A DNA stretch of 30,091 nucleotides from an archaeon (GTDB taxonomy: Archaea; Nanobdellota; Nanobdellia; UBA10117). Location of the stretch: positions 1 through 30,091 of the forward strand of contig JAZDME010000026.1 of assembly GCA_043801255.1 (NCBI GenBank), given 5' to 3'. Each line of letters starts with the position of its first letter. The first letter of the stretch is position 1. Shown here piece by piece: positions 18,563 through 26,171 of the stretch. The notes below the pieces were generated by a model. That model saw only the letters and a list, made by a program, of their open reading frames with translations, ran no database searches and was not told the origin of the DNA. The translations under genes were made by a program, and so were the position numbers.

Positions 18563-18572
18563 AAAACAAAAA

Positions 18573-19418
18573 ATGTCAATAAAACAAAACCGCAATGCAC
18601 AATCGCCCGCCGAATTTATCATAGTTGTTTTTCTTTTTCTAATAATACTTATTTCGGTTTTCACAACGTTTATGACAAAACTCCGCCCGGAGATTGAAAA
18701 AGTGGTTGAGCAAAAAGCATGCCTGAAAGCAAGCGGTTTGGCCACGTACGTATTGAAAGAGCCCGGCTCGCCCTCAGCATGGACACCAGCGAATATTCAG
18801 ATATTCGGGCTGACTAACGGCACAGATGATATTATATCTTATGACAAGTGGCTTGCTGCGCAGGGCGCAGGCAATGCAGTCATAAGCAGAAAAGTGGTTC
18901 CCGACACAAGCTTTCTGCTCGGATATTCAATTTATGCTTTTAAGCCAGATGTTGCAGACACATGTCAGGCAGTAAATGGAACCGTGATTTGCAGGACTGG
19001 CACAGTCATACACATTACTTCGATATCTGCTTCTCAGGCAACACTTAACTTGAAACTGTTTTTCCCGTTCAGCACGGCAGCAGCAACCACAGGAACTAGG
19101 GAATCTGATGATACTGTTACAACAAGCAGCTCAAGCGGCACTACCATGACTATTGCGCTGCACACAAGCGCATCAGATTCGGACACGTTTGATATATCCC
19201 TGTCGGCATATCCGCGCCTGGCTTTTATACAGGAAGCAGACCACAAAACGTCCGGAGGAGTGAGCCTGCCGATTTTCATAGGAAACACTTCTGCAGTTGA
19301 AAGTTTCGGCTCCGCAACAACAGGCGTAAACAATTACTGCGAGGCAGAGCGTGGAGCGGACATTCTGGGAAAGAGTAATGAGCTTTTCCCGGCGAGGTTC
19401 AGCATACTGGCATGGTGA
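18573..19418 (+). CDS. Class III signal peptide protein (minor pilin-like)
   Basis: MSIKQNRNA|QSPAEFIIVVFLFLIILISVF with Glu at +5; C..A..LA..LLKEPG.P..W pattern. Confidence 0.8.
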   Translation: MSIKQNRNAQSPAEFIIVVFLFLIILISVFTTFMTKLRPEIEKVVEQKACLKASGLATYVLKEPGSPSAWTPANIQIFGLTNGTDDIISYDKWLAAQGAGNAVISRKVVPDTSFLLGYSIYAFKPDVADTCQAVNGTVICRTGTVIHITSISASQATLNLKLFFPFSTAAATTGTRESDDTVTTSSSSGTTMTIALHTSASDSDTFDISLSAYPRLAFIQEADHKTSGGVSLPIFIGNTSAVESFGSATTGVNNYCEAERGADILGKSNELFPARFSILAW

Positions 19419-19999
19419 TGGATATTACGGCTGGAGAGGTTTATGAACGAGGGCAAAGGGTATTGATTAAAGGCAGCCAGCGCCATCTCGATTGGCGAGC
19501 ATGGAAGACCGAAGCCATAACCAATGACCATTCCCCCCGTCGTCGTAGTCGTCGTTTAAACAAGAAGGGATTTTTTTATTTTGTGGAAGTAGCGCTTATC
19601 GGGATGCTGCTTATTACATTCTTTTTCGTATTTTCGCCAAAGGCGGAAACCAGCTATCAGGGCCTGCAGGATGCCAGAAATCTGAAACAGGCAGGATACG
19701 GAACTTTAAAATCACTTGATGACACAGGCGTACTTTCCGCGTATATAGATCCCAGCACAATGGCAAATTCAAATTTCGCAGCGCTTAAAACCTACATAAG
19801 TGCAGCCCTGCCAGAAGCAGTTTATTCGCAGATTGAATACGCCGAAAGCTCAACATCCTGCTATTCAGAAACAGGCGTCAGCAGAAGCTGCGGCTTGAAT
19901 GTAACAAACTTGAAAGCTGATGTGATAAGGGCAGATTATACTTATTCCAAGCGCCCGTCGCCAATAACCATACATATCTTTCTCTGGAGGGCGCTATGA
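19418..19999 (+). CDS. Class III signal peptide protein with repeat-derived 51-aa leader
   Basis: TGATG overlap with upstream stop; NKKG|FFYFVEVALIGMLLITFFF follows the repeat-encoded leader. Confidence 0.75.
   Translation: MDITAGEVYERGQRVLIKGSQRHLDWRAWKTEAITNDHSPRRRSRRLNKKGFFYFVEVALIGMLLITFFFVFSPKAETSYQGLQDARNLKQAGYGTLKSLDDTGVLSAYIDPSTMANSNFAALKTYISAALPEAVYSQIEYAESSTSCYSETGVSRSCGLNVTNLKADVIRADYTYSKRPSPITIHIFLWRAL
19425..19555 (+). repeat. Palindromic repeat family copy 10 (in frame inside a CDS; left arm degenerate)
   Basis: GAACGAGGGCAAAGGGTATTGATT, GAAGCCATAACCAATG, CCCCCGTCGTCGTAGTCGTCGT. Confidence 0.78.
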
Positions 20000-20805
20000 C
20001 TTGTGACGACGAACGGCTACGACGACTACGATTGATATCTCCATTGATTGAGGGAAGAAATGCTATTCCAGTTGACGAGAGCAAACATGACGCTCAGCAA
20101 AAGCCAAATACATGGCGATTGCCCTCGTCGTTTAGTCGTCGCTTCAGCAGCAGGGGGCAGTTCATGATTGTAACAATAGTCCTTATAGGGCTCGCATTTT
20201 TCACGATGTTCCTTCTTGTCAGGACTGCCGACAGGAATGCAGTTGTAATGTTTGAACAGCCAGAAGCAGCAGCAAATTTTGAGAACCTGCAAAATGCCAT
20301 AATACACAGGAACAGCTGGATGCAGGATTACTGGTGGAATCTTAACTGGGAAAATCGGGCAGCCATAAACATAACCGAAGGTGCGGAAAATCCTGTGATG
20401 GTAAACGCAGGAATTCCCGGAGGGACAAACTGCAACGGGGAAGTCCGCGTTGTAAATTCAACTGGCGCAGAGCTGAAATCAAATGTCAACTCAGAGCAGT
20501 CTCCGTGCAACGTTATTTTTACGGCGGACACAACAGGCATATACTATGTTTACTGGAATAATCCGGAGGCTGTAGCGCCTTCTTACAGAGTCGAAGTCCA
20601 GTCTGAAGGAAATGTGCCTGCAAGATACAATATCTTGGGAGAGGTTTCACCGAAGTCAAAATTCTGCCCCAATTTTGAAAATATTTCACTGGCAGCGGAA
20701 GCGCAGCTGGACTGCGGTATCCAGAGCATCATAAACAACAAAAAGGTCAACTATAAGATAGATTATGCTTCCACGGATTTTTCGTTCTCGGGATATTTGA
20801 GTTAG
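19996..20805 (+). CDS. Class III signal peptide protein with repeat-derived 54-aa leader
   Basis: ATGA overlap with upstream stop; SSRG|QFMIVTIVLIGLAFFTMF follows the repeat-encoded leader; WWNLNWENR.AINI segment downstream. Confidence 0.75.
   Translation: MTCDDERLRRLRLISPLIEGRNAIPVDESKHDAQQKPNTWRLPSSFSRRFSSRGQFMIVTIVLIGLAFFTMFLLVRTADRNAVVMFEQPEAAANFENLQNAIIHRNSWMQDYWWNLNWENRAAINITEGAENPVMVNAGIPGGTNCNGEVRVVNSTGAELKSNVNSEQSPCNVIFTADTTGIYYVYWNNPEAVAPSYRVEVQSEGNVPARYNILGEVSPKSKFCPNFENISLAAEAQLDCGIQSIINNKKVNYKIDYASTDFSFSGYLS
20004..20141 (+). repeat. Palindromic repeat family copy 11 (in frame inside a CDS)
   Basis: TGACGACGAACGGCTACGACGACTACG, ATTGATTGAGGGAAG, AAAGCCAAATACATGGCGATTGCCCTCGTCGTTTAGTCGTCG. 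Confidence 0.85.
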
Positions 20806-20853
20806 AATGAGGCAAAGCAAATTGCTATTTGCTAGTCCCATTTACTTCGTAAA

Positions 20854-21072
20854 TGAGGCCGCTCAGATTTGAACTGAGGTTGCGCAGTGTTTCTACACAT
20901 ATAGCATCCAAGTTTTGCAGGATTGGAAATCCTGCGCCTCTCTTTTGGGATGCCACGGAACCTTTTCTCTCGCGAGAGAAAAGGGAGTGTGCCCGAACCG
21001 CGAGTCCTTTGCTGCAAAGCAAACTAGCCAAAAGCTAGTTTTTGGCTCTGTACCAAACTAGACTACAGCCCC
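20854..21072 (-). tRNA. tRNA-Pro(CGG) with two introns: 43 nt at 20/21 and 103 nt at 37/38 (exons 21072-21052, 21008-20992, 20888-20854)
   Basis: Spliced exons give GGGGCTGTAGTCTAGTTTGGTAGGACTCGCGGTTCGGGACTGCGCAACCTCAGTTCAAATCTGAGCGGCCTCA (73 nt), full cloverleaf. Both junctions form relaxed bulge-helix-bulge motifs, each with one mismatch in the central helix; the first junction could shift by 1 nt. Confidence 0.88.
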
Positions 21073-21196
21073 ATAAGAATAATGCTTTACAAACTATTAT
21101 TAAATCTCACCCTTCAGCGATTCGTTAAAACAGCGTTAACTACGTACATATTGCAACATAATTAAACATTTAAAAGAATTATATTTGCATATTATC

Positions 21197-21607
21197 ATGC
21201 TTTCGCAAGAAGAGAGATCAAAGCTGAAAATAGATTTTAAAAATCCGATACATATATTGCAAAGTTTTAAAGAAAGAGGAAAAAGTCTTTTCGGAAATAT
21301 TCCAATGAATGAAATGCTTGACGAAGTAAAAAGGCACGTTCTAAATTACCAGAGAAGTGTAATTGTCCCTGATGATAGACCGAGCACACAAAGCACACAC
21401 AGTGCTATTTTTGTAACAGATTATGGAAAATTAGCTTCGATTCCTGTTGTTATTGACAAGGATAAAATAACCATTTTAACCTTGAAAGATGTGATAAAAG
21501 ATGAGGTAAACCCGAATTGGCACATCGGGCAGTTTAATGAAATTGGCAGCAAGAAAGGTTTAACAGCCTTACCACTACATTATAGGGCGAACAATGGCAA
21601 AGCTTAA
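21197..21607 (+). CDS. Putative DUF4258-like toxin/RNase
   Basis: H.LQSFKERG...EVKRHV..IVPDDR..SAIF..ITILT resembles remembered DUF4258 pattern; directly precedes a zinc-finger gene; AT-rich. Confidence 0.5.
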   Translation: MLSQEERSKLKIDFKNPIHILQSFKERGKSLFGNIPMNEMLDEVKRHVLNYQRSVIVPDDRPSTQSTHSAIFVTDYGKLASIPVVIDKDKITILTLKDVIKDEVNPNWHIGQFNEIGSKKGLTALPLHYRANNGKA

Positions 21608-21631
21608 ATTTTTGGAGTGTGTGTAATAATC

Positions 21632-21850
21632 ATGGCCAGCAGAAAATGTATCTCTTGTGGTGCGGAATTTGAAGAGAAAAAAGAATTAAAAGAAATAAAA
21701 GTAACTCTTCCAAATCCGGGAGAAATATTTTGCGAAGGTATTGTTATAACTTGTCCGAAATGCAAAGAAGATTATGCAGACCACGAGGATATGTTAAAAT
21801 TAGCGGAAAACTTTGAGAAAGCGTGCGAATCAAAGAAATTCAAAAAATAG
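21632..21850 (+). CDS. YgiT/MqsA-type zinc-finger protein (putative antitoxin)
   Basis: KCISCG ... ITCPKCKEDY spaced CxxC pair, 72 aa; GGAG RBS upstream of ATG 21632. Confidence 0.7.
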   Translation: MASRKCISCGAEFEEKKELKEIKVTLPNPGEIFCEGIVITCPKCKEDYADHEDMLKLAENFEKACESKKFKK

Positions 21851-21900
21851 CAGCATTAGGGATATTTATTATTTCCAACTACTTATCTCTTGAATTATAT

Positions 21901-22476
21901 TCAAATCTTCCTCGCAAACACAAGGAAAGCAGTATGCCCCAGAAGATGATGCTCGGGGCGGGCAATCTTGCCTTCAACAATCCAGTCGCGCTCGATTGTC
22001 TCAGATACCTTCACCAGTTTCAGCTTTGTTTTTGCCAGATATTTGGCAAGCTTTATTGCCTGGGTTATTTGCGGGCAGTATGCAACAAAGTAGCCGCCAT
22101 TTTCAAGGCTTTTTTCAGCGTGCTTTACAACTTTCCAGGGCTCCTGCAGGTCAATTGTAACAAGGTTGAGATCTCTTTCTGCAATTCCTTTGTAAATATC
22201 CTTTACCTTTAATTTTATACCATCAAACCCGAATTTTTTGAAATTATCTGCAGCAATCTTTGCAAACTCCTCTCGGTGTTCGTAAGTTGTTACCAAACCT
22301 TCAGCACCAGCCACATTTGCAATCTGCATTGCAAGCCATCCGCTGCCTGTTCCGGCATCTACTACGGTCCAGCCATTGCCAAGTCCAGTATTTGCAGCAA
22401 TTGCCCCGAAATCCTTTGGAAGAATAACTGCGGGCCCGCGCCTTGCTTTCCTCAGAATATCGTGCATGTATTTCAT
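21901..22476 (-). CDS. trmI: tRNA (adenine-N1)-methyltransferase TrmI/GCD14, short form
   Basis: RGPAVILPKD, VVDAGTGSGWL, YEHREEF, IDLQEPW, YCPQITQ, RPEH..LGHTAFL motifs. Confidence 0.92.
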   Translation of the reverse strand: MKYMHDILRKARRGPAVILPKDFGAIAANTGLGNGWTVVDAGTGSGWLAMQIANVAGAEGLVTTYEHREEFAKIAADNFKKFGFDGIKLKVKDIYKGIAERDLNLVTIDLQEPWKVVKHAEKSLENGGYFVAYCPQITQAIKLAKYLAKTKLKLVKVSETIERDWIVEGKIARPEHHLLGHTAFLVFARKI

Positions 22477-22506
22477 AGTCTTGCCAAATAAAGCATAACT
22501 ATCGGC

Positions 22507-22520
22507 AAGTTTTAAAACTT
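22507..22520. promoter_or_regulatory. Palindromic TATA-like element of the divergent trmI/secF promoter
   Basis: Perfect 14-bp palindrome AAGTTTTAAAACTT, 30 nt from the trmI start and 19 nt from the secF start. Confidence 0.5.
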
Positions 22521-22539
22521 ACCATAATGGGTTTTCAGC

Positions 22540-23469
22540 ATGTTTGACAAGGTCAAGAAATTTTATGAGGAAAAATACAGGATTTTAATGGTAATTACGA
22601 TGCTTTTTGTCCTGTTCTCTATCGGAACTCTTGCATATTCAAAAGTCACGACAGGGGAATTCATAAAGAAAGATGTCAGCCTGAAAGGCGGCCTGCTGGT
22701 TACTGTAAGCACTGACAGGACTTACAACCCGACTGAGCTTGCAAAAAGCATAGGACTCGACTTGGGAGTAAGCGTAAACGCCAGAGGCTTAGGCTCAGTC
22801 TCAGGGCAGAACATAGGTTATACTATAGAGATAGAAAAGCTCTCAAATTCTTCGACAGCGATTCCTGCAATTGAAAAGGCAATGGGCATCACCCTTGGCG
22901 CTAAGGATTATACAATTGAGGAAAGCTCCAGTGCGCTGGGAGAATCATTTTTTTCCAGCACGTTAGAAACAATAGGGCTCGCATTCCTGTTTATGTCAAT
23001 AGTAGTATTCTTTTACTTCAGGCAGCCGATACCTGCGCTTGCGGTAATTCTTGCAGGAGCTTCGGACCTGATTGGAACTTTTGCCATAATGAATCTTGCA
23101 GGAATCAGGCTTTCAACAGCAGGAGTAGCCGCACTGCTGATGCTTATAGGATTTTCAGTTGACTCAGACATTTTGCTTTCCGCAAGAGTTCTGAAAAGAA
23201 CTGAAGGCACAGTCATGGACAGAGTTTACAGCTCAGTAAAAACAGGGCTGACGATGCAGACAACTGCAATCGTAGCGCTTGCAGTCATGTGGATAGTAAC
23301 GCCAGCCGAGTTATTGAAGCAAATCGCAATGATACTGATAATTGGTTTGGTTTTGGATATTTTCAACACATGGGTGCAGAACGTCGGAATACTAAGGGCG
23401 TATATGGAAAACAGGGAGAAGCAAAGCGGAATGTTTTCCGCTGGTTTCACTAAGGTAAAACATGGCTAG
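22540..23469 (+). CDS. secF: Protein translocase subunit SecF
   Basis: KDVSLKGG, SSALGESF, AALLMLIGFSVDSDILL, IIGLVLDIFNTW motifs. Confidence 0.93.
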   Translation: MFDKVKKFYEEKYRILMVITMLFVLFSIGTLAYSKVTTGEFIKKDVSLKGGLLVTVSTDRTYNPTELAKSIGLDLGVSVNARGLGSVSGQNIGYTIEIEKLSNSSTAIPAIEKAMGITLGAKDYTIEESSSALGESFFSSTLETIGLAFLFMSIVVFFYFRQPIPALAVILAGASDLIGTFAIMNLAGIRLSTAGVAALLMLIGFSVDSDILLSARVLKRTEGTVMDRVYSSVKTGLTMQTTAIVALAVMWIVTPAELLKQIAMILIIGLVLDIFNTWVQNVGILRAYMENREKQSGMFSAGFTKVKHG

Positions 23470-25006
23470 CAAGGCAAAAGAAATCTTCACAAACTGGAGA
23501 GTCATCCTTTTGATACTGCTGCTGCTGGCATCATATGCCTCAATCAATCCCAAATTCAAGACCGAAGGCGTTTCGATAACTGCAGTTGCAACAAACAGCA
23601 GCGCAGAAATCAACGGCGTTCAGTCAGGCGCAACAATCACAGAGATTAACGGGCAGAAGGTCGCTAACATGGGCGATTACAGCGCGGCAGTCGCGAAGCT
23701 GCAGAACGGAACAATTGCAAAGTATGTTACCAGCAAGCAGACATATTCGTTTCCCATAGAGCTAAAAGACAACGCAACTTACACGGGCATAACAGTTAAG
23801 GAAATCCCAACGTCAAATTTAAAGCAGGGCCTGGACCTGATTGGCGGAGTGCGCGTGCTTCTGAAGCCCGAAGAACAACTCTCGGCACAGCAGATGTCTG
23901 ACGTTGTTGAGATAACCCGCGCTCGTTTAAACACATTCGGCCTGACAGACATGAATATACGCCAGGTCAAGGACCTGCAGGGCAATTCGTTCATACTTGT
24001 CGAACTTGCGGGCGCGACTCAGGAGGAAGCTACAAACCTTATTTCAAAGCAGGGAAAGTTTGAGGCAAAAATAGGCAACGACACTGTTTTCGTTGGCGGG
24101 GTTGACATAAAAGCAGTCGGGCGCTCAGCGCAGGAAGGCGCTGGAATAAGGACGTGCAACCAGGCAGACGCAGGATGGGTTTGCCAGTTTATGTTTCCTG
24201 TCACAGTGTCAACGGCATCCGCTGAAAAGCATGCGGCAATAACCTCACGGCTTGCAACCATAAATGTTGGCAGCGAAGTCTATCTTGAAAAAAAGCTGGA
24301 TATGTATCTTGATGATAATCTTGTAAACTCGCTGTATATTTCATCAAGCCTGAAAGGAAAAGTAACAACAACTTTTTCGATAGAAGGTTCCGGTTCCGGC
24401 AACAGCCGCGAGGCAGCATTTAACAACGCGCTGACAGACATGAAAGAGCTGCAGACAGTTTTGATTACAGGCTCGCTTCCGGTAAAATTAAGCATCGCCA
24501 AAATTGATGTTGTTTCCCCGATTCTCGGGCAGGCATTTTTGCAGTCAGCCATTATAGCGCTTGTTGCAGCAATTGCCGCAGTCGGCGTAGTCGTTTTCAT
24601 AAGATACAGAAGGCTGAAAATAACGCTGCCGATAATGATAACAGGGCTCTGCGAGATTTTCATAATATTCGGAATGGCTGCGCTGATAAAACAGAATCTT
24701 GACCTGGCGGCAATTGCCGGAGTCTTGGCAGCAGTTGGAACGGGCGTAGATGCGCAGCTTGTAATTACAGATGAAGTGCTGACCGGAGTCAAGCGGCAGA
24801 TTTACAACTGGAAGGAGCATTACAAAAATGCATTTTTCATTATAATGGGCTCTTTCTCAACAGTTGTCGCGGCAATGATTCCGCTTCTGTGGGTTGGCGC
24901 AGGCGCCCTGAAGGGCTTTGCAATAGTCACTATCATCGGCGTCTCAATCGGAGTTTTCGTAACAAGGCCTGCATATGCGAGAATTGTTGAAGTTTTATTG
25001 AAATAG
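23462..25006 (+). CDS. secD: Protein translocase subunit SecD with PDZ-like insertion
   Basis: KQGLDLIGGVRVLL, RLNTFGL, LITGSLPV, VSPILG, GTGVDAQLVITDE, LKGFA..TIIGV motifs. Confidence 0.93.
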   Translation: MASKAKEIFTNWRVILLILLLLASYASINPKFKTEGVSITAVATNSSAEINGVQSGATITEINGQKVANMGDYSAAVAKLQNGTIAKYVTSKQTYSFPIELKDNATYTGITVKEIPTSNLKQGLDLIGGVRVLLKPEEQLSAQQMSDVVEITRARLNTFGLTDMNIRQVKDLQGNSFILVELAGATQEEATNLISKQGKFEAKIGNDTVFVGGVDIKAVGRSAQEGAGIRTCNQADAGWVCQFMFPVTVSTASAEKHAAITSRLATINVGSEVYLEKKLDMYLDDNLVNSLYISSSLKGKVTTTFSIEGSGSGNSREAAFNNALTDMKELQTVLITGSLPVKLSIAKIDVVSPILGQAFLQSAIIALVAAIAAVGVVVFIRYRRLKITLPIMITGLCEIFIIFGMAALIKQNLDLAAIAGVLAAVGTGVDAQLVITDEVLTGVKRQIYNWKEHYKNAFFIIMGSFSTVVAAMIPLLWVGAGALKGFAIVTIIGVSIGVFVTRPAYARIVEVLLK

Positions 25007-25063
25007 TAGTTTTCAATAAAACTAGCCAAACACTTTGTTTGGCTTTGTTTTGCTGAAATAATA

Positions 25064-25219
25064 CTGACGACTACTACGACGAACTACTAGGGCAATTTCT
25101 TATTTTTGTGTCAGGGTTTCTCTCCCAGCAAGATAGTTTTGCTTTCCCACAATCAATGGAGATATCTCTGGTTCGTCGTCAGCCGTTCCGTAATTGCCCT
25201 CGTCGTCAGTCGCAGTCGT
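25064..25219 (-). repeat. Palindromic repeat family copy 12 (core in reverse orientation)
   Basis: CTGACGACTACTACGACGAACTACTAGGGCAAT / ATTGCCCTCGTCGTCAG; minus-strand core CCATTGATTGTGGGAAAGCAAAACTATCTTG. Confidence 0.85.
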
Positions 25220-25269
25220 AATCATCAGCATATTTTTATATAGGCGAAACCATCCATGTTAAAGGTCAC

Positions 25270-26154
25270 ATGGTATTAGAGGATTTAATTCCCGTGCATC
25301 TGGCGGAAAGCAACCCATTGACTGTGCTGCCAATATCATTTCTTTACTCGACTCTGGCAATTTTTCTTGCGCTGTGGATTTTTCCGGCAAATGCAGCCAT
25401 AGTCGCGGTATTTTTAACAACTATAGCGTGCATGCCCCTGCTGCTCAGCGTCATAGGATTTGAAAAGGAGAAATCAGAGTCAAGCAGAGGCTACCTGAAA
25501 GACCTGCTGACAGATTTTTTCAAAGGCGACGTGCAGGAAGGCGGCGCAAAAACAGTTTTATCATTTTTTATGACAATGTTTATCGGCCTGACTTTGGCAA
25601 TAACATTCTGGTACACAGTCCTGCCGAAGGACATGCTTGTCAACCTCTTTTACCTGCAGCTGAACACAATAAAGGAAATAAACCTCGGAATTTCAGGCAA
25701 CGCAATTGTACCGGCATTTTTCGGCAAGATACTCGTAAATAATATCAAAGTGCTGGCATTTTCAATCCTGTTCTCGTTTATTTACGGCGCCGGCGCGATT
25801 TTTGTTATCTCCTGGAATTCTTCAATAATAGGCGTTGCAATGGGCGAGAGCATAAGAAAGGGAATCGCGCAGTTCACAGAGTCAACAGGCTTCGGAGCCA
25901 TTGCAGGATACTCTTCCGCAATCTCCGTCGGAATATTCAGGTATATGTTACACGGAGTTCCGGAGATTCTGGCATTTTTTGTCGGCGCTCTTGCAGGCTC
26001 GCTGATTTCAGTTGCCATAGTAAGGCACGAATATGATTCGGAAATGTTCAGGAAAACGCTGACTAACTCTGCAGGATTGCTCGGAGTGGCGATGTTACTT
26101 TTATTAATAGGCGCAGTTATCGAAGTAACGATATCGCCGCTGATAAGGCTATGA
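25270..26154 (+). CDS. SpoIIM (DUF95)-family membrane protein
   Basis: Multi-TM; ILVNNIKV..FSILFSF.YGAG..WNSSIIG and HGVPEILAFF..ALAG motifs. Confidence 0.85.
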   Translation: MVLEDLIPVHLAESNPLTVLPISFLYSTLAIFLALWIFPANAAIVAVFLTTIACMPLLLSVIGFEKEKSESSRGYLKDLLTDFFKGDVQEGGAKTVLSFFMTMFIGLTLAITFWYTVLPKDMLVNLFYLQLNTIKEINLGISGNAIVPAFFGKILVNNIKVLAFSILFSFIYGAGAIFVISWNSSIIGVAMGESIRKGIAQFTESTGFGAIAGYSSAISVGIFRYMLHGVPEILAFFVGALAGSLISVAIVRHEYDSEMFRKTLTNSAGLLGVAMLLLLIGAVIEVTISPLIRL

Positions 26155-26171
26155 TGATAGGTTGAGGTAAA

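Noticed and set aside
9752-20805. Archaellum operon
   Set aside because: No ArlH, ArlF/G or ArlC/D/E homolog recognised; two TadC-like genes and many minor pilins fit an adhesive pilus better.
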